From assembly GCA_002269645.1 (NCBI GenBank), contig NIVC01001135.1:186001-250000 (forward strand): a DNA stretch of 64,000 nucleotides, read 5' to 3'. A program made the position numbers and the translations under genes. Source of the stretch: Macrostomum lignano. Lineage: Eukaryota. The notes below the pieces were generated by a model. The model had not been told where the DNA came from. It saw nothing but the letters and a program-made list of their open reading frames with translations, and ran no database searches. Shown one piece after another: positions 46,301 through 58,680 of the stretch (positions are counted from its first letter, which is position 1; each line of letters starts with the position of its first letter).

Positions 46301-48179
46301 AAAGGTAAGGATATATCATCTTTTGCCCCAACCACATTGACCCTTGCTTTTTACTAACCCTTATCCATATATTAAAAAAAACAACATTTAGAAAATTTAC
46401 TCACTTGCTAAAGTCAAATGTAATGAAGACCTTGTGGTGTCAGGAAAGACACTTTGTGGATCACTTTAATTGGTATCCAAAAGTATATCATCTTGTGCAA
46501 TGGCATTTTAGCAGGTTGATGCTTTGCAAAAATTTCCACTGAAGTCAGATAGGCACTGGAAAGATCAAAGGATTAAGTATGTCAAATACAATGCTAGACA
46601 TAATTTATATCATAAGGAAATCTGTTTGAAATCTAACAAGATTAGATTTTGCAGCCTTTTGTCTAAAATGGTTGCTAGTGTAAGTTACTACCAAAAATTT
46701 AATTGGCATGATAACTATCTATCTATTAAGATAGATGATAGGATAATATATTGGTACAAAATACTTATAGTAAAATTAAAGATTATTGAATAAAAATGTA
46801 ACAATTAGACATCTAAGTACTATTTAGTATTTGGATTAGACCCTAATAGCCAAAATCTAAGTTATTAAATAATACTAATTAAAAAATCATATTTACCTAT
46901 AAAAAATAAAATTAAAACTGAATATAGATAACTAAATTAATAAACAAATTTTAAATTAATACTAAAAACTAGATTTTCATTGTCAATTATTAGAGCCAGC
47001 TTAGTTTTATAAATAGATATAAGGTAGTAAAATGAATAGGCCTAAATATTCCTAGTTTCAAAGCTTTATGAGTGCAATAAGGCCTAGGCCTAGTTTCAAT
47101 AGTAAATAAATGCTAAAGTTAAGATAAATGTGGGCATGCAGTATTGTATTACCCATTTTTTAGTTTATAATAAAAGACCTATCATAATAATCTAATAATT
47201 AGGCCTATCATGCTTGGGTGCAACCTAGGGATTCACCCGGCCATTTCTATTGGCAACACACATATATAAGTTGCTATTGGCTGAGAGCAATCACGTGACT
47301 ACTATTCCATCCAATAGCAACTTACATGTGTGTGTTCTGTGTTGCCAATAGAAATGGCCGAGTGATTCCCAAGGTTGCGCATGTATGAGGCCTATGATTC
47401 AAATATGATATGAAATATACCATTAAAATTGCAATTTTAAAGGTATTATATTCAACAAAATATATAATTCAAGGAAGGTAAACCTAAACCAGCTGGGTGC
47501 TAGGCCTAGTTTATATAGTATAGTGTATTCAAATTTGCAATAAAAAATTAAAAATCTAAGCCTAATTAAAAGTGTAAAAACCTAGAAAAAAGGTTAGTGC
47601 CCATTTTTGTGACTAGGCCTAGGCCCTAACCATTTTTTTCTGTCTGGCTTTCAGGTAAAAACTGATAGCTTTCTAAAGACTTGAGGCCTAGGTAAAACAA
47701 GAAAAATGAAAATGGTGGGGCATATTGTAAATATTGTCCTTATATATTTAACTACATAGACAGGTCTATTAGTATAGTTACTACATTGAAATGGAATTAT
47801 ACCTACAATAATGGCTTAATAGTACCGTAATGCAGCATTTTTATTGCAAATATACTTGATTTTAAAAAGGAAAAATACAAAGTTCGGCTAATGCCACTTG
47901 TGAGTATTTTGCAACTTGGGGCTTATGAAATAAAAAGAAAATAATATGAAGATGAAACTTTCAAGACACAACTACATTAAAATATAATAGAGTAACATGT
48001 TGTGCGTGCTAAATAAAAAGAATGGTTATCTTAGCTGCCTTAGATCAAATGCAATCATTGATTTTGTGATGAAAAAATGATTTGCTCCTATCTCCGCAGT
48101 GTATTTTTTCCAGGAAATCGTCCTCCTAAAAATTTACACGATCTTTGAGTTTTACGTCCTGCTAGTCTAGAAGTCCTTG
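43333..48179. mobile_element. 4.85-kb foldback DNA transposon, copy 2, with 8-bp TSD
   Basis: Same orientation as copy 1 (offset 12746); TSD CTTTGAAT at 43325-43332 and 48180-48187; nested MITEs at about 45274-45443 and 47209-47387. Confidence 0.94.
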
Positions 48180-48487
48180 CTTTGAATGCAGCTTGCGTGG
48201 CATTTAATAATAAAGCAAAAGGGGCACTTTTGAGTGGTGTTTAGTTCATTGAGTTTATACACAATTGATCTGAAAATCTAGCTCCGTAGGGATATGGTGC
48301 TCTGAAAGGGGAGCAATGTTGACTAAGTCCTAGTTTTTGCCTTGCACTTTATTTCAGTAGCTCGTAGGTCTCAGGCCAACAACGCTCAAGATAATCGAGG
48401 TACATCGTACATGTACTTCAGCAACTCCCTCAACCCCTGTCAGTAATTAAAGTTAGACCTCCCAACCTTCCACCTCCCAGTGAACTG

Positions 48488-48750
48488 TTGCGCCGTTGGC
48501 GACTCCAGCGCCTGGTAGGCTATATCATCCGAGTCAAGTCGTACTGTCCGCAACCGGTGCTGCTGCTGAAGCTGCAGGCACCCTACCGGCGGGGGCAGGC
48601 GCGCACTCGGCGTTTCGTCGACTGCCTGCCGGTTGAAGCCGGCGCCCCGGACACTGCCGGCGGGGCGGCCTATGTTCGCGCCCAGGCCCTGAAACGCTCA
48701 ATGTGACATTGTCCCACGCTTGACTGGCTGACGTATTTTGTTGTTGTTCC
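48488..48750 (+). mobile_element. 3' fragment of an RTE-clade LINE
   Basis: RLQRLVGYIIRVKSYCPQPVLLLKLQAPYRRGQARTRRFVDCL, then a (TGT)n tail. Confidence 0.8.
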
Positions 48751-50127
48751 AACAAGAATCGACATTTCAAACCAGTTTAATCGCCAGTTGAAATCGACGC
48801 TTTGCTGAAATTTTCCTTGAAACAAAACCGTCCACTTGAGAGACTGCATCGACCAATGATAAAGTTCTCGTCCAGCTTGACGCATTCTCAGGATATCTGT
48901 GCCAAAAATTCTGGAATGGACAGCTTAAATTTTCTCGTCGTCGTGACAGTAAATCAATTCGCGATAGAAACAAAAGATAATAACGGATATTTGCGTGATT
49001 GAGAGGACTCGTAAAACTGCGATTGAGTAGCCATGCAATGCAGGTCCTGCAGTCTGTTTTGCATAGTTTGCTCTTCCCGTTATTGTTGTTCCATTCAGCA
49101 ATCCTTTGAGCCTCCGGCAGGCTCATTCTGCCTGCTGACGATTTCTTCAATCTGAAAATTTCTTCGTTGTCTTGCACGATTCAAATCTTTATTCGTCTAC
49201 TTTTCTCAGTAGTCTAAATTGAGTCTCTTACTGAGACTATTGGTCCAGAGCGCTGCTGAAGATCTGAGAGAGAAGGGGCATGGATGAACTGTTATCCTGC
49301 GATGAAACTCGGCCGATCAACAATTCAAATAAACGGAGTACATGAAGTGTAAAACCGATTTAATGCAATCAATGCGATCTACAATCAGTGACAAATTTGT
49401 TTATAAAAAACATGCGTCACTTCTGTGTATTGGCATTTCTGATTTCCTTTTATTCAAGATTTAAACTGGCAGCTGATGCAACTTTTTATACATTCGTGCA
49501 TTTACATCTAAACGCTGAAAACTTTATAATTCGAAGCAAGATTGGGTCTTGTCGTCACGTCACGTGACTTCCAGAATCTGTTGTGCTTTTCGTCCTTTGC
49601 CTGCTATTTTAATCAGTAGTTACAAACAAGCTACTGTTAGTAGACGGTTAGTCGCAGATTTAACTCCGTTTAATGACTCATTTAAACAAACGCACTTACG
49701 GAACGGAATAAAATTATTTATACTTTGAAGTGAAATCGGCAGGTGCAGTTGACATAACAGCTCTTCCCATCTGTCTTCGTGACGACGCCCGCAATACCAC
49801 ATTTGTCTATCGTAAAACCCCAACTCACGCGATGTAATCTACAGAACATTCATTCAGAAAATACGGGTAACGTATTTCAGCACCATTTTTACGATCGCTA
49901 ATACAGAATTTTCAAAATGCCATTTAGGCTACCATAATAAATGTGTATTAAAACTGTGTCTATATTGAAAGTCTACAACTAGACAGACTCACTAAACACG
50001 ACGGTTAGAAGCGCTCTATATATACCCTATAATACACATATTAGTGATGAATATAACATGGTCATATAATATTAATGATGATGATGATAATGAAAAAAAC
50101 TACAAAATTGCGGAACCACAAACACAT

Positions 50128-51701
50128 CTAAGTAATAAAAGCGGTCACTGCGGCTGCTATGCTAGCATTGCATTTCGGACACCGGGTCAGCGGCTCCAGG
50201 CAGCGGTCGCACAGCAGGAAATGCGCGCAGGGCAGCGTGACCCGGTTCCTTGTCCGGTTGCGGCACCGGATGCACCGATCGTCAACTTCCGATTCGCCAG
50301 CCGGATCGGACAGATCCGTGTTTGCTGGGCCGCCGCCGCCGCCAAAACCAACTATTGCTGAGACAGACGAGGCTGCGAAGCTGGGCACCGCGTATGCGTC
50401 GACTGAGGATCCTCCACCGCCGCGGCCGGCACTACCGTCGTGAGACGCCGAAGTCTCGGAGCCGCCAGCCGCAGGGTCAATCAAGCAGGAGTCGATCAGG
50501 CGGCGCAGGTCGAACCGAGCGGCAACAGCCGGAGCTCTGGGATCGGCATCTTCAACAGACTGCGCCAGGCGGAGCAGATCGCCCGGCCGCTCGATGCCGG
50601 AGCTGCCGCCGCCGCTAGCCGTGGAGGCGGCGCTGCGCAGGAACTGCCTGGCCAGGCAGACCTGCAGAAACGCCGGATCGAAGCCGTACGAAGCGGCCGC
50701 GCCAACAACCGGCGAGTCCAGCAGTAAGCGGAGCCGCCGCGTCGACGGCAGGTGAAGCCGGACGGCGGAGTCGGCGGCTGACGGCCACTCGGCTGAGGTG
50801 GACGGCGCCGAGGCGAGGCTGACAAGCCGGGCGGCGAGACAGTCGGGCCGGTGCTGCTGCTGACTGGCCAGGCCGGCCTCTGCCTCACAGCAGAAGCAGA
50901 TCAGTAGCCCAGATTCGTTGGCAAACCAGCCAGACGAGGCGAGTGTCTCGCGGGTGGACTCGTCAACACCAGCCAGTCGCTGCGTGGTGGCCAAACGGTC
51001 AGCGTACAGCAGCCAGCCAGTGCGGGCGGACGAAGATATGACCATCAGCACGATGACTGCAGGGGGATATTGCAGAGGAATAACTGTGACCATGTACGAT
51101 GACAATCCCAAATCTAATAGTCTGTGATCCCGAATCTATTAGTCCATGATCCCGAATCTAATAGTCTGTGATCCCGAATCTATTAGTCCATGATCCCGAA
51201 TCTAATAGTCCATGATACCGAATCAAATAGTCCATGATCCCGAATCAAATAGTCCATGATACCGAATCAAATAGTCCATGATCCCGAATCTAACAGTCCA
51301 TGATCCCGATCTAAACAGTCCATGATCCGGAATCTAATAGTCCTTGATCCGGAATTTAATAAGTCTCCATCCAGAATCTAACAGTCCCCGATCCGTGCCA
51401 TTATTACGTTTTTAATTCTAGAATCTAAAAAGCCCGTTCAAAGTGAGAAATCCCACAAAAAGCTAGATTTTAAAGTTCGAAATAAAAAATTTAATGAAAC
51501 AGTAAAGCTGTTACAGAAAGCTTGGGTCAGAGAAGAAGCAATCCATGCTTTATAGCGCTACAAAAATACACCACGTCACCGCTTACCCGTTATTCCAACG
51601 CGTCGATTTTCGCTCAGAGCCAGAAACGCTGCACGGAATTGAGCCGGGTTTTGCAAGCCAATGACATCTTTAAATAATGCTGAGACAACTTCTTCAGACA
51701 T
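50128..51701 (-). CDS. IAP-like protein: compressed BIR-like motif, UBA-like segment, C-terminal RING (predicted exons 51701-51587 and 51056-50128)
   Basis: RLATT...LASSGWF...CFCC...HRPDC; GFDPAFLQVCL; RING CIRC...LPCAHFLLCDRC...CPKC near the C-terminus. A phase-1 GTAAGC...CCTGCAG intron joins the upstream exon in frame; that exon is less certain. Confidence 0.75.
51112..51390. repeat. Minisatellite, 21-bp unit GATCCCGAATCTAATAGTCCAT-type, in the predicted IAP intron
   Basis: Period 21 at 51126/51147. Confidence 0.93.
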
Positions 51702-53827
51702 TTGATACGGTTCAAGTCTGACCTGAAATGGTCGGTGGGAGACGGCAGTGCGACATTGCTGTTCTTGTATTGATTCAACCTTCTTATACATGCAATTCAA
51801 TGCAAAACCAGGTACAAGCATAGAACACTGTCGGATTAGGAGTTTCTCACACTTTAGAATTGTTTTTCAGAACATTAAAATTAAGAGTAATTTCTGTTCC
51901 TTAAGAGTAATTTGCACAAATATAGCCATTGTCCTTGCATGACAGCTCATCTAACAATTATAAAAAGTGTCATTGCATTAATTAAACACCTCAACTCAAG
52001 CAGCCGTTAGCATGATGTTGGTGACAGACAACTTTGCGAGACTAAATTAAAAAATAAACGCGCGTCAATCATCAATTACTTGACCGGCTGCGCTGCGTCA
52101 TATTTATAGCAAGACACAGGCTAATTGTCCGCACAGGCTACAGTAAGCAGCCATGCCAAACTCTGACAGCCTACGATGCGACAAGAATCACAGGCTGGTA
52201 AGAAAGACGTCAAGATACACCCAGACTGAATCGAGCCTCACACGGGTCGTGCTAACGAATAATTCAGAGGCCAGCCTGACTACAGCTTGTATTCTGATGC
52301 CCAGCAACATGTCGAAACTGGACAAAAACGAGGAAGTCGACGAAGTGAATAATTTAGCAGCGGAACTGGTTCACGGCGCGCTGGACAGGAGCTTCGAATT
52401 GCTAACCAAACCTTGACTAAGAATCAGCTGTCAATCTCTGTGTTTAAGCTGTGTTTTATTGAATTTAGTGCTGAAAATATCGTACCTCTTTCGTTGATAG
52501 ATTTTTGCAAATACGCGCGGCAAGGATGCTTTTCTGTTTCTAATTTGTCAAGAGGTAAACCGTTAAAAGGAGAAACTTAATGCTTAATAACAGTATGGGG
52601 TTGCATTCAGTGGTTACAGAATGCGGCACTATGCATGTGCGATCACACTGCTTGTACATTATTTTTCGTCGCTTTGTAAATTAGTCGCGTGATTTTATAT
52701 CGGTGTGAACGAGCCATAATATGTAACAGCGCACCTAATTTTATCCTTTGTGCAATTTCTAATTCTAGCTGTATAAATAGGGTTTTATACTGAGAGCAAT
52801 TTAAATATTTAATGAGCCAAGTGCGCAGAATACTAACGGTCCGCTAGTTGTAGCAAACCAATCAGTGCTCGAAGGCGTTGGTCTGTGTTTATTAGCTCAC
52901 ATTAAATTCGTCGCCATAGCCGTGGAGCACGTAGCGACAACAGGACTTGTTTAATTAAGGCGTCGATAGTCCTAGCTTTGAAGCGCTGTACAGGCGATAA
53001 AGTGAGCAAGGAACATTGTACACAAAGCCGATAGATTAAATTACAAAGTCAGAAAGCATTAAGGCTATTCTGAGAGTTGAGAAACCAGCATGTCTGTCGT
53101 CAACAAAGGAAGTGCAGACGAAACGGAATCCAAATGTCAAATGCAAGCCAAGAAAAGTGAAGGAAACACGCGCAGCACCACAGAGAGCAATGACCAAACT
53201 AAGGGTACGCACAGATCACGTAGACTTTCTGTAACTAGCAAGACGTTAATTAATTGAAGGTTAAGACTCCATCGTGTTCAACACCTGTTTTTAGCAGGTC
53301 GCAGCTATACAGGTGATAGCAAAAAGAGCAATAACAGCGGATGCGTGTGTCTGATCGGCTGCACCCTGGACCTGGTGCAGGATGTTGCAAAGCAACTTCG
53401 CCAACTGGACAAAGATGACGTGCAGCTGCCAAATGAGAGCAGGACTAATCGAGATGCCTTAGTGAACCGATTGGAAGAAGAAGTAAGGCAGCACAAGGCG
53501 GAACAACAGTGCGTGTGTGAAAACTTGAAGAACTAGCGCAGCACGTCAATCTGATGTTTAATACAGCTACTGACTACTCACTGATACAGTAAAATGAACT
53601 GTTCAAGTTGTGAAATGCGAATCATGACAAAAATACACAACCTATGTGCAGACAGTGCAACAATTGGTTAATAGTTTATAGTATACTCCAATTATATCCT
53701 TTGAAATGGGCGTGTTTGGCCTTTAAGGAAAACCCAAAGCTTTCATCTATCTGATATTAGAAAAACGAGTCATCCTAAGTTTTTAATTAAATTTTTTCAA
53801 CAGACTACTAAAAGTAGATAAGTAGTA

Positions 53828-54414
53828 TTGTTTTTGACAATCTAAATGATAATTTGGACATTCATGGCCAATAGCTGCTCTATGGCTGCTGCAGCTCGCT
53901 CCGTGGACAGAGTCTGTGGACAATCTAATCGATAAATGCTCTCATCGCGCGCACTACAGTAGCAGCAGCAGAATTTACACACAGAAGCAGCAGAATGCTG
54001 CCTCAAACAGGTGAATCAGTTCGCCGTCGCCTGATCGATGGCATCAACGTTGGGCACTTCATCAAAGAGGCAGCAAGGGTGCTGCAGCTGCCAATTCTTC
54101 CATCCTTTGTTGTCTTTTGTTTGTCTGCCTTTTAATCACTATAGATTGACTTTTAGCTGAGTTATTGTTCCATTAATGAATCAGTTAAAAATTCAAACAG
54201 TCTGTTGAAAACATTTGGCAGCAAAAATTATCACTTAAAATGAATGGCTTTTTCTTCTTTTGAATGTCCAAATTATCATTTAGAATGGCTTTTCATCGAT
54301 TAGATTGCTCATGGACTCTATGTCCAATACCAGTTTGCCAGCAAGTTGCTGCAGCTTGCTGTATGCATTTCTCATTTCGAATGTCCAAATTCTCATTTAG
54401 ATTGTCAAAAACAA
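53828..54414. mobile_element. MITE with about 36-bp TIRs and TA flanks (Tc1/mariner-type)
   Basis: TTGTTTTTGACAATCTAAATGATAATTTGGACATTC versus GAATGTCCAAATTCTCATTTAGATTGTCAAAAACAA; TA on both sides. Confidence 0.7.
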
Positions 54415-57400
54415 TATTAAATATATTTAAACTGTTTTAGAGGCTAATCAGTAAGGGGCAACCTATACTAAGCCTTTCCTACAGTTCATACATGTATAGC
54501 TAAATAGCATCTTAGGGGCCCAGCTACTTAAGTAGCAACAGTATAGTCTAGATCTAGCCTTGTGAAATTTTATTGCAATATTCTCATAGATCAATTGCCT
54601 ATTCAAGGGAATCCTATGGATACTACTTTTGGAATAGCCAAAGTAAAAAAGCTGAGGATGCCTATGCTAAACATGCAAGGTCACAAGTGAACAGGAAACC
54701 TGTGTTATCCCATCCTATTAAATCGAAATGTTGTGGGTAAACAGTGGGAGCAACTATGACTTTAGTAAGAAGAAAAATGCTTTGTCATCTAATGATTACT
54801 ATATAATAGCCTTTGTCAACATATATTTTAGAAAAAGCACAACTTTATGATTAATTTTCATAAGCACACTGGACACTATTTACTAAACTCTTATTGAAAT
54901 CCAAATAACCCTTATAGTATGCTATTTAGGGATAGAAAGCACACCTAAAGGAAAATTCTAAGAGATATGCTACAAGTGATGCAATATTTAAAGCTTATCT
55001 ATTATCAATAAATACCAATGACATAAAAAATTTTAAAGACATTTTTAAACGATTAATCAAGTTTTATGCTCAATTACTGATCAAGAAAAATACTAATTCT
55101 AGTAATTGAAGAAGATACTACGATTACTTATCAAAGAAGCTATTGCGACCCTAATGGAAAAACCCAAGAGCTTGATAGTAAGACAGACTAGCATGATAAG
55201 CCAGAGCTGCACCAAATATATATTACTTTAGCACTCATTGCCAAATGGTTTTTCCCCCCTTCCTAATGCTGACCGGAGCTCCAACACTCTTAATGGTATA
55301 ACCATAAGCAAAATGGCACTGATAAGCGAGTTGGGCTATGAAGACTATAGTGAAGTGAAAATAAAGAACTAGAATGATTTATAAGTTTATCAGCAACTTT
55401 AGCAACAATGAGGACAACATTGCAGGAGTAGAGCTTCTCTAGATCTTCTACTATCTGAGAATGCGAGCACCTTAACAGATTATACTAGCACCTCAACAAT
55501 GTTAGTGTAAGTGTTATTGACACGATGGAGTTGGATTCTCTCCCTAGAACTGGCCTATGCGAGATCAAATGCTACAGTATAGAGAGAAATTTGCGAGCAA
55601 CATAAATTCCCTGGGCTATCCTCTGGATGTTCTACAAACAGTGGAGCTGGAGAAGCTTAATGAGCACCTACATCTTTAGGTAACATAGTCATACTAAAGT
55701 TAGAGAGCATTGAAATAAATAAATTAAACTATTAGTCTATGGTAATAAGAATATTGAATGTGTGACAATCAGAAGCATTGCCAGTAGGCTTTGTCTAAAT
55801 GACAATGAATATTATTTATTTCTAGGTGTCAAATATATATCTAGGTAGGCCTAATAGGTTTTCTAAGAGCTCTTAGCATGTATCTGCAGGTTTTTGAAAA
55901 GTGATTGCAAGACAGGCAAACCTGCTATTGCTGCTCCCAAGCCTGAATAAAACACTCATTTAATAATAAATAATAGGATCTATGTCACTATTTGAGCTTA
56001 GTAGGAATTATAATTTTCCCTAGGACAGGACTAGATCACTAGGATCCTAGATAAATCTTGAGATACAATACTTTTTAGATATCCTAAGCCTAAGGAATAG
56101 ACTAAATTTTGATTTTGGGATCGCATGATATATGATTTCCTAGGATTAGGCCTTAGGGCCTATCCTAGGCCTAAGATTTTAGAAAATTTTGGGATTTTGA
56201 TATTTAGGGAATATATAATATACTTCAAAGATTTTGGTATCCTTAGTGCTTAGGCATTACCATTAAATTTTCGCCAAATACAGGCCCATTGCCCGCCCCC
56301 TTTCTTTGGCTTCGGTCTGGCTGGACTGCACCACCTCACTGAATTCCTGGTTGCGCCACTGCAGAAGATTTATGGGCCTATGGTCACTTAATACTTGACA
56401 CTGTGCCCTAACTCAGATTAAAACATAAACGTTCGCCACCGTGAAGAAGAAATCAAAATGCACGGCTCGAGCTTTCTTTGGTATTGAGCATGGTGAAGTG
56501 ACAGTAGGAACCCATAACCATCATGTACATAATGTCTATTTTCTACTTAGGACGTATACAATTGATTTTGCAATTGTACTACTGGTAAATTTTTAAAGTT
56601 CCTATCGCCAAATATTATTGAACTATATGACAAGCTTTTTTTATTTAGTAATACATGTATTGTTGCTCGTATTTTCATATTTTTGTTATTCTTAAAATTG
56701 CTTACGTCGTTTTTTAAAATAATTGGCGAGCATTGCGCTTCGATGAATTTCGCGCTGGATGAGCGTTTGGGTGTGCTGTGAAAATTCGAAGTAGCGGCCT
56801 GTGGTTCGGCAAATTCTACATTTTAGCGACGACACCTGTGTTCAGATTCTATGTAAAACGACGCGACGATTTCCTGGAGCCTCAGAAGCGGCTAACCATA
56901 CATGCAGTTCATTCCATCCATAATTCATCCCTAGTGTCTGTAAGACTCCCTCTGCGGTCAGTCAATCGATAAATCCATTCACATCCCCACCAGTCGTAAA
57001 CAAAAACTCATTCCTGGAGAATCCGGCTTATCAAACTCTGATGGCTCAAGACCTGCCTGTGCATTCGCTCCCTAAAAGGGCACATCCGACGCAACTACCG
57101 AAACGCCGAGAGAGGGCTTGGTCAGAACCGTCCCTCTGTAGAATAGAGTCGGCCTCCACTTCAAGCCTCAACAGCTGCAGCTTTGACCACCACGGCGCGC
57201 ATTTCTCAGACGCCGTCGCCATTGTTTGATTGACACAGGATCGGTTGCTATTAAAGTATCATGTACACTGTATAGCGTTGACATCTGCCAGAAGGTCAAA
57301 GGGTGGCTCCAGCTAAGCAGTATCAGTATCAGAGGCGTGGCAAACTACAGCATGCAGCCCATTCGGGAATTGGCCAACCCAGTCGTCTATAGACGATACT

Positions 57401-58139
57401 AGACTGGAGATTAGACTAGATTGCAAGACTAGAATACGTACAATAGACTAATACTAACTTGATTAGATTAAAACTAGACTATTCGAATGGATTTGACTTG
57501 AAATTACCACTGGAAAACCTCTGCGGGAAAACCTCGCGTAGGAAATTCTCCTAGTCCGACCCCCCCCCACGATCGATCAGTGGCACAATTAAATTTGCAT
57601 TTGAATTTTGAATTTTTGTAGATGTTTATCTAAATAATATGACTTTTATATGCATGGGTTCTCAAATTGATTGAGTTAAATCATCTCAGTGTGTATAAAA
57701 TTTCTTTGCGTTTTGTTTAAGTTAACTGAAGTTGCAGCGGTTTTGTTAGGATTCGAATCAAGCAGAAGGACGGGAAACTACATTTCTTGGAAAAATTTAG
57801 GAGGCAGATTTTAGCAAACAATATATTATGGGGATAGGGGGTTTCTTTGTTTCAGCACAAAAACTGTTGTTGCTTTGATAGCTCGTAGAAGGGAGCCTCA
57901 ACAACGTTCATCTTTTGGATGTCTTGCCTTTCTTATAGCTCTATTGATATTCATAACGAATATTAGAAAACTAGGATTTGATAGAAACTAATGCCATTTA
58001 AACAGAGCGTTATAGTGTCTACTATTTCATTGCAGATTGTATGGTTTTAAACATGTAGCCTCAAATCTCAGTTTCATGTGTACTTACTTGAAATGACACA
58101 CGCGATGGAGCTTCCGCGTCGTCATCAGTTCATCCACCT

Positions 58140-58680
58140 CGGCGGTCTGGTTCCCGGCTTCTGAGAGGCGTCGCTATCTACGGCGTCGCCACGGGCTTGA
58201 CTGGGCTGTCTTTCGTTCTGTGAGGCAAGTCCTGAAGTCCGAGTCCCTCCACCTGGCCGCCAGAGGGGGCAGCGTTCTTCCAGGTGGTGGTCAAGACCGT
58301 TCTGCTGTACAACGGCGAGACCTGGACGCTGACGGACCCGCTCGAGTAACAAGTGGACGCGGCGCACGCTCGGCGACGAACGAGTATCGCCGCACCGGCC
58401 TGTCCCGTCCAAGCGACTTGTTGTGCCGTCGGCGACTCCAGCTGGCAGGCCGCATCATCCGCGCCCAGTCGTGCCGCTCACAGACAGTGTCGGATCTGCG
58501 CTGCTGCTGGCGCTGCAGGCGTACTGGCGGGGACAAGCGCGCACTCTGCGTTTTGCCGACTGCCTGCTGGCTGATGCCGGCGTCCCGGATTCAGTCGGCG
58601 GTGCGGCCTGTGACGCTGCAGGACTTCTAAAGACCCTGAAAGCAAATTCTGTTGATCTTTTTTGTTGCTGTTGTTGTTAC
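58140..58680 (+). mobile_element. Degenerate 3' fragment of an RTE-clade LINE
   Basis: RQVLKSESL...KTVLLYNGETW...RRRLQLAGRIIRA...RGQARTLRFADCLLADA across frameshifts; TGTTG tail. Confidence 0.82.

Noticed and set aside
30587-48187. Composite transposon carrying the basigin-like and NACHT genes as one unit
   Set aside because: The outer flanks do not form a TSD and copy 2 has its own TSD, so it inserted independently.
48767-49177. 136-aa minus-strand ORF
   Set aside because: No recognisable domain or splice support; left unannotated.
54600-55700. Possible decayed transposase or reverse transcriptase
   Set aside because: Only short stop-interrupted frames; no motif I could name.
6478-58680. 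RTE fragments as a SINE family with a shared 5' end
   Set aside because: The three copies start at different points and are all coding-derived, consistent with ordinary 5' truncation.
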